Positions 36,378-46,008 of a DNA stretch of 54,515 nucleotides are shown in pieces. The DNA comes from a virus (lineage: Duplodnaviria; Caudoviricetes), in the IMG/VR virus record IMGVR_UViG_3300006893_000010, positions 1 to 54,515 of that record. One strand, given 5' to 3'. The notes below the pieces were generated by a model, which was not told where the DNA came from, did not search any database, and saw only the letters and a program-made list of their open reading frames with translations. Both the position numbers and the translations under genes were made by a program. Each line of letters starts with the position of its first letter. Position 1 is the first letter of the stretch.

Positions 36378-36710
36378 TCAGGAGTCCCCCTCGCCGCCAG
36401 ATGCGCCATTTAACCAAGAGTTAAAAATATCCGTTACCGACTTGCCTGATGTTCCTGATTTCTTGATATGAGTTTGTAAGTCCTCGATCTTATCCAGCAA
36501 CTCCTTCGCCGACATCAACCCTCCGCTGACCAGCAGCGCGCCATAATCCATCAAGTCGGTCAGGAGGCGTCCGTAAGCTTGCGGCTCCGATTCGTCGAAT
36601 CCCTTGGCGAACGCCTGCGATATCCGCTGGAACGCCTGAAGGCCGGAGAGCCGATCCTTGTTGATGTCGCCGGTGATCTCTACTGGCGCGTTGGTGGCTG
36701 GTTCCGCCAC
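36378..36710 (-). CDS. hypothetical helical protein
   Basis: Packed into the operon downstream of the terminase. Confidence 0.6.
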   Translation of the reverse strand: MAEPATNAPVEITGDINKDRLSGLQAFQRISQAFAKGFDESEPQAYGRLLTDLMDYGALLVSGGLMSAKELLDKIEDLQTHIKKSGTSGKSVTDIFNSWLNGASGGEGDS

Positions 36711-37138
36711 GGCATCGCTCCGGCCTGCGCTCGCGCCTCTCGGAGACGATCCTGCTGGGCCTTCTGCGCGCGCGACGCCATCTCCTCCTCGCGCAGCGCC
36801 AGGTCCACGTCGTCGTGAATCGCGTGACGGGGCGTCGATGGGGATGGCGACGAGTCTGCCACCCGTGACTTCGATACCTGTCTCGTCGGCGTCGATGGCG
36901 AATCCTCCGTCGCGGTGAGGAAGTACGCTTCCGCACCCTTACGCGCGAATCGTAGCACGAGATGGGTACCCGTGTCATCCGGGTATTTGTGGAAGGACGC
37001 GCCGTCTTCGATGGAGGTGAGGTCGGTGAGGTCGAGGGAGACTTCGCCGCCCTGCTTGCGGATCAGGGCGAGGAGGAGGAGGAGGAGGGTGCGCTCACGG
37101 GATTCGTTGTCGAGGAATGCGAACGGATTGCGGCTCAT
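36680..37138 (-). CDS. hypothetical protein
   Basis: ATGA-coupled to the terminase. Confidence 0.6.
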   Translation of the reverse strand: MSRNPFAFLDNESRERTLLLLLLALIRKQGGEVSLDLTDLTSIEDGASFHKYPDDTGTHLVLRFARKGAEAYFLTATEDSPSTPTRQVSKSRVADSSPSPSTPRHAIHDDVDLALREEEMASRAQKAQQDRLREARAQAGAMPWRNQPPTRQ

Positions 37139-38898
37139 ACCCCCCTCAATCTATCACGGCTAGCGGCGTTCTTGTGCCAGTTCATCACACGGTCCAAGTG
37201 TTTCTGCGACGACATCCCTATGATACCCGCAGCGGTAGTCTCCGGCGAGTCCATAACGGTGACAGGGAGCTTAGGCTCGCGGGCCTCCAAGGTAGATCCT
37301 ACTTGGCGGAGGTCGGGATGGGGGATGTGGTAGTGGGCCATCGCGATCCATCCGAGCCATGCGGCCATTGCGATGTCGTCGTGCCCTTTCAGAACCCGCC
37401 AGCGGAATCCTATGTCGCTTTGGGCCTTCGAGCACTGGGAGTAGAGCTGGATGTCACGCACGACGATTTCCTTGTTCTGTACGAGTTGTCCATCTCCATA
37501 ATTTTTTGGTAGAGAGTTACGTACAGATGTACGGAACACGTTAAACAGCATTTGACGAGTGCGATCGGTAGTTTCCCAGCCCAGTGCCTGACGCGGCTTG
37601 GTGTCCGGCTTGTCATCGCGGCTCCTCCATAGATACTGGTTAGGGTAGTGGAATTGGTCGCGTAGGGCCTTGACGACGATATACCCCCAACCACCGGTAA
37701 CTTCTACGTTCACCATCGCCTTGTTGTACCAGCGGCATAGGTGGTTCACCTTTTCGGCGAGGGCTTCCGGGCCGACGCGTCCGGCGTAGCGGAAGGCTTG
37801 CGCGCCGGTCTCCGCGTTCCAGCCGACGATGGCCGCGAAGTCGCCTTCCTCGACGCCCTTGGCTGCATCAACGCCGACGAAGTAGTGGGTGAGAGGCGCG
37901 GGTTTCTCCCAGAGGTAGAGCGGGCCTTCACGCTTCTCCATGAAGAACATGTCGCCGGGAGGGCCTTGGATGTCGCCCTTGGCGATGGGGTCGCAGCAGG
38001 AGGAGCGCATGTACTCTAACTCGATAGGGTCGAAGATCGGCTCGCCGCTAGAGATGAACGCCTCATCCGGTGTCGCCGGGTATTCCTGCCGCCATTTGTA
38101 GATCGAGCCGCCGCACTTCGTTTCGAGGGTGGAACGGTACCACGCGATCTGGCCCTTGGAGCACTTGAAGTCGCGCATCAGCCAAGTCTCGTATTCGTCG
38201 GCGGGCGCGTCCGGGGCTAGTTCGTCGGGGAGGCGCGAGGCGGGGTCTTCCCACCAAGGGAGGAAGATGGCGAGGAACTCGTTATCGCCGGATTCCGCGC
38301 CCTTCCAGTAGTTATAGTAAGTCTCTCCAGGGCCTTCTAATCCATTAGCGGTAGTTTCGATAACGACAACGTTGTCGGGGTCAGCAGCCGAAACAGTATT
38401 GAGGAGAGATATAAACGAATCCTCTCCTGGATAGAACGCCGCCTCAGTAAGATGAAGAAATGAGTGTGTAAGTCCGCGACCTCCGATAACAGTTTTGGCA
38501 GTTGCTCGGGAAAGTTTGGATACTCCACCTGAATGTGGAAAGTACATCTCCCGCTGAGTTCTAAGCGGCAGACGCATTGGAAGTTGGTCGGCGAACTCTC
38601 CACACTGGTCATACATTTCCTTTCCGGTCTCGGTGAGTTGCGCCACAACTTTGGCGTTAGCGTTAACCTTATGGAGACAGTGGGCGTCGGCGTAAGCGGA
38701 GGACCATCGGCTGATCCCCAGCCGTCGTGCCTTCAAGAATATGACCCATGCATGGCGCTTCTTGTCCATGTGAGCTTGGAGCTTGGTCATTATTTTACGC
38801 TGCGATGGGTTGAAGCGGAAGGGGACCATCGCGCCGGTATCACGGTCCTTCAGCAGCAACCTACCACAAAATTTCTCGAACCTATAAAGGTTGAGCAC
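37135..38898 (-). CDS. terL: terminase large subunit
   Basis: FNPSQ, LKARRLGIS, LHLTEAAF, IETTANG, QEYP, VGVDAAKG, HDDIAMA. Confidence 0.95.
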   Translation of the reverse strand: MLNLYRFEKFCGRLLLKDRDTGAMVPFRFNPSQRKIMTKLQAHMDKKRHAWVIFLKARRLGISRWSSAYADAHCLHKVNANAKVVAQLTETGKEMYDQCGEFADQLPMRLPLRTQREMYFPHSGGVSKLSRATAKTVIGGRGLTHSFLHLTEAAFYPGEDSFISLLNTVSAADPDNVVVIETTANGLEGPGETYYNYWKGAESGDNEFLAIFLPWWEDPASRLPDELAPDAPADEYETWLMRDFKCSKGQIAWYRSTLETKCGGSIYKWRQEYPATPDEAFISSGEPIFDPIELEYMRSSCCDPIAKGDIQGPPGDMFFMEKREGPLYLWEKPAPLTHYFVGVDAAKGVEEGDFAAIVGWNAETGAQAFRYAGRVGPEALAEKVNHLCRWYNKAMVNVEVTGGWGYIVVKALRDQFHYPNQYLWRSRDDKPDTKPRQALGWETTDRTRQMLFNVFRTSVRNSLPKNYGDGQLVQNKEIVVRDIQLYSQCSKAQSDIGFRWRVLKGHDDIAMAAWLGWIAMAHYHIPHPDLRQVGSTLEAREPKLPVTVMDSPETTAAGIIGMSSQKHLDRVMNWHKNAASRDRLRGV

Positions 38899-39501
38899 TC
38901 ACTTTTTCTCCGCTAACTCTGTCTGAGACGCATGTGTAAGCCTTGGATGATTTTGCGGATTATCTTTTGCCAACATGCCTTGATCGGCTACTCCCTTGAC
39001 GCCCTGCGTCCGGTTGTTTTCCAAACTTACACAGGCGCTAGAGCAGAAGTGAAGGACATGAATGATATTGCGATCCTCTTTATCGTAATATGGTTTATTA
39101 AGCCACCAGTCCGGCTTCCCACGCTTCTTGAGGTCGTCGTAGGTTAGCCCACACGTCTTGCATTTCTGGTCCCCTGGCGCGTTGATGCGGGAGTTCAGGA
39201 TTTGTCCCGCGGTGGTGCAGTTGGCGCGCATCTTGGCGAGGAGCGCGAGGGCCTTTTCGAGCGGGAGGGATTCGAAGTGGACGCGCAGGTCGTCCTCGGC
39301 GGCGGCCTCACCGGCCCAGCGGGCCTGGATGGCCCTCGCCTGTTGTTTCATCGGGCGCTGTGGTTGCGAGGATATCGACGAGTCTTCCGGTTCCGTTGAC
39401 TCTGAGTCCTTCGGCATCTCGCTCGGCGGAGTCGTCGTGTCCGTTGGCTCCGTTGCTTCCGTCGCTGGTAGTTCCGGCTGGCCGTACTTGTGTCGTGGCA
39501 T
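38899..39501 (-). CDS. hypothetical protein with treble-clef/TRASH-like Zn finger; positional small-terminase candidate
   Basis: CKTCG...HFCSSAC; directly upstream of terL. Confidence 0.5.
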   Translation of the reverse strand: MPRHKYGQPELPATEATEPTDTTTPPSEMPKDSESTEPEDSSISSQPQRPMKQQARAIQARWAGEAAAEDDLRVHFESLPLEKALALLAKMRANCTTAGQILNSRINAPGDQKCKTCGLTYDDLKKRGKPDWWLNKPYYDKEDRNIIHVLHFCSSACVSLENNRTQGVKGVADQGMLAKDNPQNHPRLTHASQTELAEKK

Positions 39502-40333
39502 GGGTCTCCTTGTTCGGCTTGGTCTCGGCGTTGATATAGCCGCCGGTTGCGGTCAATAGGTCTGCAATAGCGGGCATATCTAAGGGATATAAGTGTACGC
39601 CGATGTGATGCGTCTTGATCCAGAAGCAACAGTATACAGTGCCGCCGAGGTTGCGCCAGGTGCGGCAGAACCACCAATCCTCGCTCAGATACTCCTGCGT
39701 CTCCGGCCATACGCCGACACGGAAGTAGTCGTAGGCGTGGTCGGTGCCGTAGTGCGCCACTTCCTCGCCGGAGCGGCGGTAGCGGGTCTCCGGATGCGCG
39801 TCGGCCATCATGCGGAACACTTTGCGCTTGACCAGCCAGAATCCCGAGCCAGCTTCGAGGACCGGCATGGGTTCGTCGCAGCGGACGGGATTCGTAACCC
39901 AGTTGACGTTAGGCGTGCCGACGACACGCATGATCCGGTCGTTGTCCCAGCCAAGGCGCACGGCTTCGGCCATACGGTCCACGTGGAATCCCTTTTTGGA
40001 GTAAGGCGCGGCCACGAAGTCGAGGTCCAGCGCCAACATTTGGAGGACGGATTGCGGGTCAAACAGGATGTCGCAGTCGAGCCATAAGGAGTAGTGATCG
40101 GAGTCGTCGGTGGAGTCGCGCATGAAGATGGAGGCGAGGTTGTTGCGGGCGCGGGTGACAAGGGAGTCGCCGGGGAGGTAGTGCAGGCGGTACCATATCC
40201 CGTGGATGCGGAGAAGGCCAAGGAGGGTGATGAGGTGGGTGGAGAAGGTCGCGTGGATGAGGTCTCCGGCGGCGGGGATCAGGATCCAGACGCGGAGGCG
40301 GGAGGCGCGGGCAGCAGGGATGGTTAGTTGCAC
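39308..40333 (-). CDS. GT-A fold glycosyltransferase
   Basis: SLVTRARN, WLDCD (DxD), GSGFWLVKRKVF, YLSEDWWFC; GTG start after AAGGAG. Confidence 0.85.
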   Translation of the reverse strand: MQLTIPAARASRLRVWILIPAAGDLIHATFSTHLITLLGLLRIHGIWYRLHYLPGDSLVTRARNNLASIFMRDSTDDSDHYSLWLDCDILFDPQSVLQMLALDLDFVAAPYSKKGFHVDRMAEAVRLGWDNDRIMRVVGTPNVNWVTNPVRCDEPMPVLEAGSGFWLVKRKVFRMMADAHPETRYRRSGEEVAHYGTDHAYDYFRVGVWPETQEYLSEDWWFCRTWRNLGGTVYCCFWIKTHHIGVHLYPLDMPAIADLLTATGGYINAETKPNKETHATTQVRPAGTTSDGSNGANGHDDSAERDAEGLRVNGTGRLVDILATTAPDETTGEGHPGPLGR

Positions 40334-41217
40334 GCGGAGAACTCCTTCGTAGCGACGCCGACGGTATCGAGGACGTAAGTAGCGAGACGCTCGGTCGTCA
40401 TGGTAGCTCGGAGTCGCGTCATCATGTAGCCGATCAAGTCGTCGTAGATGGCGTGCAGCGTCGAGTCGCGGAGGAGTCGCGGCGTGTCGAAGCATTCCTG
40501 CACGAGGCGCAGGTCACGCTTGGGGAGCAGGGACAGGACCGTCGATGGGCACTGATCGAGGCAGCGGAAGTACGGGATGCACCATTGGGACATAATTTCA
40601 TAGTGGCGCAGGCAGTCCCACCCGGCCTTACGCATGGTTGCGGCGTAGTAGGAGTCGGCGTACTGTGCGTAATAGGCTGCCTCCGTCGTATACACATACG
40701 TCGATTTATCCTGAGGGTCCATAGGAGCCATCAGGCGCGACTTCGCGGGCATCGAGGGAAGAATCTTCGACGCCGGGATAGCGAACTGAATCGGATAGAC
40801 GCCGGGAGGCACAGGCGAGCGTAGCTCACGCTTGAAGTAGTAGCCAGGGAGGTTCGGCAGGCAGGCGGAGAAGTCCTCGCCGTCGATCAGCGCGATGCGA
40901 GAGGGATGGTACATCGACGTGACCTCGGCGAGGTAGGACTGAGAGCGGTGGATACTGCCAAATATCACGGCGTCGTAGTATTTCGTTGTGATCTTGCGTG
41001 GGATGTTGGTGCGATCCACGTCGGAGTCGTCGGGCAGAAGGCCATAGATGGAAAATCCTCCGCCGTAACAAGACGTTACGTCGTAGCCTTTGTACATCGT
41101 ATCTACGCGGTTCACGTCAACCACGTCAGGGCCGAACAGAGACTTCAAACCATGTAAACACATGTCGCGCATGTAGTCGCAGGTGTGGCCGCCTTCAGAC
41201 AGGAATAGAATCTTCAT
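40324..41217 (-). CDS. putative glycosyltransferase (GT-B-like)
   Basis: MKILFL, DYMRD...HGL, IDGED, YFKREL, KAGWDCLRHYEI; flanked by other glycosyltransferases. Confidence 0.65.
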   Translation of the reverse strand: MKILFLSEGGHTCDYMRDMCLHGLKSLFGPDVVDVNRVDTMYKGYDVTSCYGGGFSIYGLLPDDSDVDRTNIPRKITTKYYDAVIFGSIHRSQSYLAEVTSMYHPSRIALIDGEDFSACLPNLPGYYFKRELRSPVPPGVYPIQFAIPASKILPSMPAKSRLMAPMDPQDKSTYVYTTEAAYYAQYADSYYAATMRKAGWDCLRHYEIMSQWCIPYFRCLDQCPSTVLSLLPKRDLRLVQECFDTPRLLRDSTLHAIYDDLIGYMMTRLRATMTTERLATYVLDTVGVATKEFSACN

Positions 41218-41471
41218 ATAACAACTCCTCGCACGCGCACGCACTCCTCTCTATAAGTCTGCCGAGACTTCAACACTTTAGCTATTACCTTATTTGCAAG
41301 ATCGCACTCGGTACAGGTGATATCTTTAGTACAGTTATGATTAGATTTATACCAACAGGCTATCCGATAAGAAAAGTCCTGTCTTTTCCTACTTAATTTG
41401 GATCGTATGCACCTAAAGCAGAAGATATTGGAGGGCCAATGGTAACCCCGCGCTTCCTCATACGAGTTCAC
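41214..41471 (-). CDS. small Cys-rich hypothetical protein, low-GC insertion
   Basis: CFRC, CTEC; overlaps both neighbours. Confidence 0.45.
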   Translation of the reverse strand: MNSYEEARGYHWPSNIFCFRCIRSKLSRKRQDFSYRIACWYKSNHNCTKDITCTECDLANKVIAKVLKSRQTYREECVRVRGVVI

Positions 41472-42990
41472 GAGCGGCCTCCTTCGCTACTGACACGGGC
41501 TTCTTGAGCACGCCCATCCCGTACTTGCCGGGGAGTTCCTCATGCGTCCATCCCTGCGCCGCCTGCACCACGCAGAGTTCCTCGTATACGCGCTTCACGT
41601 CGTCTCCCGGCCACGACATATCATTGCAACCTGAAGGACGGGATTCCGGCGCGATATCATGGAGCAACAGAAGGCCGCCAGGGCGGAGTTGGCGGGCGTA
41701 CTCGATGTCGTTGATAACGCCAGCGCGAGAGTGGTCGCCGTCGATAAGTAACACGTCGAGTTCGAACGGCATTGCCTTGGTCACGGTCGGGAAGTCGGTA
41801 GAGTTAGCGTGGATGAAGGTCCACTGCGGATGACCCTCGAATAATTTGGCGCACGACGCGTCACAATCTACGGAATAGACGTGTCCGCCATGCTGCTCTA
41901 CACCTGCGAGGAACGCAGAGGTAGATGCGCCGTCGCGCGTGCCGATTTCCATCACATTTCCTTTGGCGTGCTCTCGCATCCATTGAACGAAGTCTTTCAT
42001 GTCGCCGGAGGCGCAGGCGGCAAGGTAGCGCTTGGCCACGCGTTGATCCGGCTGCATGCCCCGAGCCTGCGATAAGTAGCTACGTTGCGCCTCCTTGCGC
42101 TCCATCTTGAACTCCATCGGACGGGACACGGCGGGAGTGGGAGAGGGAGAGGGAGCGGAGTCGAGCGCTGCGGCGACGGCGGCGGTGAAGTCGCGGCGAC
42201 GGATAGCCTCGAACGCACACTGCTCCATCTTCTCGCGTTCGACATTGGCCGAGGGCGCACAGTAGGAGCGGCAGGTGTCTACGAGCATGCGGTAGGGGGC
42301 ACGGGATAGTCCGCTGTATAGGTCAGCGTATTCGTCTTCGTCGCTGCTGGATTCCGTCACTACTAGCTTGGAGTTGGCCATCAGGTAGCTGACGCGGACG
42401 ATCTCGAACATATCCCTACCGTCGTGATGCGCGTTCAAACAGACCTTGCTACGCGAGATGATGTTGTCCCGCCCACCACCGTAACAGTTGGCGCTGGCGA
42501 ACACTTTAAGTCCTGCCGCGCGTAACGCGTCCACCAGCCCCACTCGGCGCTGAGTCATCCATGCGAACAGACATACGTCAATGTCCTGCTCTGCGGCTTT
42601 AGGAATGCGTACTAAGTTCGGCGTGAATCCCACCGGAAGATGCTGGCAGGTGTAGCCTTCTGCTCGCCACTCGACGGATTGGCGATGGCTGAAGTCCCAT
42701 ACGGTAACGGCTTTAGTTAGTCGCTTCACCTGCTCGATGCGGGGGTGAGAGAACTGTTCGAGTTGGTAGATGATCGTATTGCGAGGTAGGCGTTGGAAGT
42801 CGGCGATCAACTCACAGCCGAACACGATGTTTGTTTCACCGTGCTCGCTGAACCAATTCTCCGTGATAGAGACTTCATGTCCTAGCGAGGACAAGGCCCA
42901 CGCCAGCGAGTCGCGGATTTCGTCGAAGGCGTGGTGGTGAATCATGCCATCAGGCGACACCTTAGTTAAATTGTACTTAGCCACGCTCAC
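41458..42990 (-). CDS. glycosyltransferase fused to a class I SAM-dependent methyltransferase (Methyltransf_24-like)
   Basis: DIDVCLF, ISRSKVCLNAH, FEIVRVSYLMAN..VVTE; C-terminal MEIGTRDGAST, IDGDHS, GGLLLLHD. Confidence 0.85.
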   Translation of the reverse strand: MSVAKYNLTKVSPDGMIHHHAFDEIRDSLAWALSSLGHEVSITENWFSEHGETNIVFGCELIADFQRLPRNTIIYQLEQFSHPRIEQVKRLTKAVTVWDFSHRQSVEWRAEGYTCQHLPVGFTPNLVRIPKAAEQDIDVCLFAWMTQRRVGLVDALRAAGLKVFASANCYGGGRDNIISRSKVCLNAHHDGRDMFEIVRVSYLMANSKLVVTESSSDEDEYADLYSGLSRAPYRMLVDTCRSYCAPSANVEREKMEQCAFEAIRRRDFTAAVAAALDSAPSPSPTPAVSRPMEFKMERKEAQRSYLSQARGMQPDQRVAKRYLAACASGDMKDFVQWMREHAKGNVMEIGTRDGASTSAFLAGVEQHGGHVYSVDCDASCAKLFEGHPQWTFIHANSTDFPTVTKAMPFELDVLLIDGDHSRAGVINDIEYARQLRPGGLLLLHDIAPESRPSGCNDMSWPGDDVKRVYEELCVVQAAQGWTHEELPGKYGMGVLKKPVSVAKEAARELV

Positions 42991-43417
42991 TCTCCTTGAT
43001 GCTCCGATCCACGTAGTCGCAGAGATCGTCGTCGCTCATCGTCGTCACGTCGGCGCATGGCGGCGCGTCATGGTCCACCACGCCCGCGGTAGAGTCGTCC
43101 CACGTTACTTGCTCGTGCGCCAGCGCAGCCTGCGCCTCTTTCTCCAACCTCGCCGACCACGTATGCTGAGCCTCGGTGAGGCCGAAGTCCTGCTCGACCG
43201 GAGCGTCCATGCGCAGGAGCATCTGGTCGCGCCATTGCTCGGCGCTATAGTGAGCGCGAGCCGTAGCGGGATCGCCGATGACATCCCAGCCTAGTTGATG
43301 GCGGTAATCGGCGTAGCTGGCGCGCAGGAAGGCTAGAGAGGCGGCACGGAACTCGGAGCGGAGTTCAGCGTAGGAGCGTTCCTCGTCAGGATGTGGAGTC
43401 ACTAGAATATCAGGCAT
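42977..43417 (-). CDS. hypothetical protein
   Basis: GGAGG RBS; overlaps neighbours. Confidence 0.55.
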   Translation of the reverse strand: MPDILVTPHPDEERSYAELRSEFRAASLAFLRASYADYRHQLGWDVIGDPATARAHYSAEQWRDQMLLRMDAPVEQDFGLTEAQHTWSARLEKEAQAALAHEQVTWDDSTAGVVDHDAPPCADVTTMSDDDLCDYVDRSIKESERG

Positions 43418-43712
43418 CTGGACCTCCCGACTGGCGTAAATTGCTAGCGTTGGGGTCGATTGTGTTGATAGGCTCCGAGAGTTCCTTGATCTTACGTTCG
43501 ATCTCCCAGACGATATCGACTGTCATGCAAGCCTCGTTGCGACGCAATCCAAGAGCTGCCGCGAAAACATCAATAATTGCTAGTTGTGCAGATTGAATCT
43601 CTCGTTGCTTGCGGAGCTGCTCAATCTCAGTTTTGGCTGTACTAAAAATGTGCAACAGTTCACTGTTCATATATTCTCCTTCTCGTGTAGAGTGTAGAGT
43701 GTCGTCGGTCAT
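43410..43712 (-). CDS. hypothetical coiled-coil protein
   Basis: ATGA-coupled; lower GC. Confidence 0.55.
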   Translation of the reverse strand: MTDDTLHSTREGEYMNSELLHIFSTAKTEIEQLRKQREIQSAQLAIIDVFAAALGLRRNEACMTVDIVWEIERKIKELSEPINTIDPNASNLRQSGGPDA

Positions 43713-44029
43713 TTTACCTCCCGGTATCGTGTGGTGCCGTTGGGGCCGCCTTCAGGCAGGCGCACCCGGCCACGCTTGCGCGCCATCAAGAGGCGAAGGA
43801 GGGGAGGGTCCATATGGCGGCGCTGCTCATCGACGACATGGCGGGCACGAGCGACGCCACGGGGCAGAGTGCGGACCTGGATGACGGCGACGTGGGTGAT
43901 TTCCGTGCAGCGTCGGCAACACCATACAACCTTCTCCGAGTCTTCCTCGACGGCGACCATATAACGCTTACGGTCGTCGCCGCGGGGATGCGCGGAACAG
44001 GCGCAGGCGGGGATATCGTCGTTGGTCAT
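43709..44029 (-). CDS. Cys-containing hypothetical protein
   Basis: CAC...CCRRC; ATGA-coupled start at 44029. Confidence 0.5.
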   Translation of the reverse strand: MTNDDIPACACSAHPRGDDRKRYMVAVEEDSEKVVWCCRRCTEITHVAVIQVRTLPRGVARARHVVDEQRRHMDPPLLRLLMARKRGRVRLPEGGPNGTTRYREVK

Positions 44030-44286
44030 GCTAGGTATACCTTCTCCTCCGTACGCTTGAATTCCTCGCAGAGTTGCCATCCGAATAGGATACAGCCGAG
44101 GAATGAGTTGGCGATGGGGGCCTGGAGACAGATGGCGCAGTATTCGCGGAACCATGCAGAGTCGCCGATGGCGTCGCAGATGGCGAGGTCGGGAACCTTG
44201 CGGTCGGCTCGGATAGCGTCGGCGGCGGCCTTGAGGCGGTCGGAGACGGCGTTGTCGGCTGCCTGTTGCATGATCTTCTTGGTCAT
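44026..44286 (-). CDS. hypothetical protein
   Basis: ATGA-coupled start after GGAG. Confidence 0.55.
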   Translation of the reverse strand: MTKKIMQQAADNAVSDRLKAAADAIRADRKVPDLAICDAIGDSAWFREYCAICLQAPIANSFLGCILFGWQLCEEFKRTEEKVYLA

Positions 44287-44801
44287 CGTCGTGCTCCGTA
44301 GCGTCTCATAATCCCCTCCCCGCGGCAAATCGGGCAGGTCGTCTCCGCTGGCTTGCCTCCGTCCATCAGTACTTCTATCTTGCCCGCGCCGCTACAGCGC
44401 TGGCACTGTTCGTCGTGGCCCGCGACCGGAGCGGGACGCTTACGCCGGACGACCTTCGTCTGCTGCGGCGTCTCACCGACGATCTCGGACGCGGGAGGCG
44501 CGCCAGGGTCGGCTCCGGCGTCGATGGCGTCAATCGCGGCCTGAGTCTCAGCATCTACCACGTCTGTTGTCTCTGGTATAGCATCCGCGATCTCCGTCGG
44601 TCCCGTACCATTACCGCCCACCACATTGAATACTTTGATATCCGACGGCGTGATCAGCACGAACGAGGTAGCGTCGGTGAGCAGCTTGGTCACGCCGATC
44701 ACCAGCGGGCGATGACGCACGTCGGCCACTCTTAAAATATATTGACCGTTGGTGCCCTCATGGACGGAGAGCACCGCCGGTTGCTCGGTCAGTGATTTCA
44801 T
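44283..44801 (-). CDS. protein with C-terminal DnaJ-type Zn finger
   Basis: CQRCSGAG and CPICRGEG. Confidence 0.65.
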   Translation of the reverse strand: MKSLTEQPAVLSVHEGTNGQYILRVADVRHRPLVIGVTKLLTDATSFVLITPSDIKVFNVVGGNGTGPTEIADAIPETTDVVDAETQAAIDAIDAGADPGAPPASEIVGETPQQTKVVRRKRPAPVAGHDEQCQRCSGAGKIEVLMDGGKPAETTCPICRGEGIMRRYGARR

Positions 44802-45013
44802 CGCACAGGCTCCCTAGCACGTAGTTTATTTATCTCCGCTATGGCTAGGTCGAAGTCGTCGTCTGTAATAACTACACCCCCGTCCTTACCTTTCGCGTCC
44901 AGCCAAGGAGTACGCACCACGAGTGTAATCTTAGGTCGCTGTGTAAACATAGCGGCGACCTTATCCAAGTGGTAAGCAATCCTATCCCGTAGATCAAGCA
45001 TCTTGTCGTTCAT
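44798..45013 (-). CDS. hypothetical protein
   Basis: ATGA-coupled to the next gene. Confidence 0.55.
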   Translation of the reverse strand: MNDKMLDLRDRIAYHLDKVAAMFTQRPKITLVVRTPWLDAKGKDGGVVITDDDFDLAIAEINKLRAREPVR

Positions 45014-45025
45014 CGTCGTCCGCTC

Positions 45026-45469
45026 CTACTCCAATGTTAGCGTCATGGTAGTGAGCACGGGCACAGGCGCGGTCACGGTTAGCACGTCGGCGCTGGATGT
45101 GACTCCACTCACCGTCGCAGTGATCGAATCTCCCGCGTCCGGCGCGACGCCAGTGACGACGATAGTCGCGGTCCCATCGGGATTGACCGATGGCGTACCG
45201 AACGACACGTCGGTAGGGACGGACGCGGCGAGCGCGATCACGTCTGTGGGCGTGAGTGGGAAGGGCTTCCCCAGTTGATCGAATGCGGCGATGACAGCGT
45301 TGGCGGTGGCTCCTACGGCGATGGTCTTTGGCATGATGGTAATCTCCACGGATCGGATTGGGTTCAGGTGATACAGGATCAGGCGAACGTAGTGACGGAT
45401 ATCCCGGAGGATGCAACGGGAACAGTCGCAGGCGTGGTGATGGTGGCGCAGAGGACGGTTATCTTCCAT
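45026..45469 (-). CDS. Ig-like domain protein with two possible in-frame starts (45469, 45334)
   Basis: AFDQLGKP...VTGVAP...ITATVSGV...LTVTA Ig-like pattern; GGAGG and GGAG RBSs. Confidence 0.6.
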   Translation of the reverse strand: MEDNRPLRHHHHACDCSRCILRDIRHYVRLILYHLNPIRSVEITIMPKTIAVGATANAVIAAFDQLGKPFPLTPTDVIALAASVPTDVSFGTPSVNPDGTATIVVTGVAPDAGDSITATVSGVTSSADVLTVTAPVPVLTTMTLTLE

Positions 45470-45653
45470 GATAATCCTCCCGCTCCTTCTCCAATCGCGA
45501 TAGCTCCTGGCGCGCAGTGATCGAGTTCGGCCATCGTTTGAGGATGCTCCGGTAGGCGTTGATCCTCCTAGCGCGTCGCTGAGCCTCAGAGTTGGCGTTG
45601 CCGCCACGCGCTCCAATGCGAGCGAGATGCTGGCTCAGTTCCACCGAAGTCAT
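45459..45653 (-). CDS. small basic protein (KGG-like motif)
   Basis: HLARIGARGG..SEAQRRARRIN; GGAGG RBS. Confidence 0.6.
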   Translation of the reverse strand: MTSVELSQHLARIGARGGNANSEAQRRARRINAYRSILKRWPNSITARQELSRLEKEREDYHGR

Positions 45654-45827
45654 GCAGCCTCCCGACGACGCCTGCGATCATCCTGCCTGCGCCGGGTCTC
45701 GCATGTTCGATGCCATTGCAGCATAGCGCTCCGCGTTTCTGCTACTTTACGCTCCCATACCCACAACCTCTGATAGCGCGCATGAGCGTCGAGGCACGCA
45801 CGGCATACGTTATGGTAAGGCTCGTAA

Positions 45828-46002
45828 GCGTCAATATGAACACAGCGCCGACGTAATCCTAAGTATTTCATAGAACCGAATGCGAGGCTGGTGCTCAGAA
45901 GGAACAGCGGTACGGTAGCCTTTCGCGAGGGACGCCGTGAGTGAGCCGCTAAGAGCACCAACCTCGATCTGGACGACGGATTTCATAATCAACATAGACA
46001 CC
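45828..46002 (-). ncRNA. candidate structured RNA / late leader
   Basis: 14-bp stem 45883-45896 with 45953-45966; outer stem 45830-45840 with 45982-45993; begins at the predicted transcription start. Confidence 0.45.
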
Positions 46003-46008
46003 ATAGAC

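Noticed and set aside
39308-39501. 194-nt overlap of the GT-A tail with the next gene as meaningful dual coding
   Set aside because: The tail lies beyond the GT domain and looks like simple run-on after loss of a stop codon
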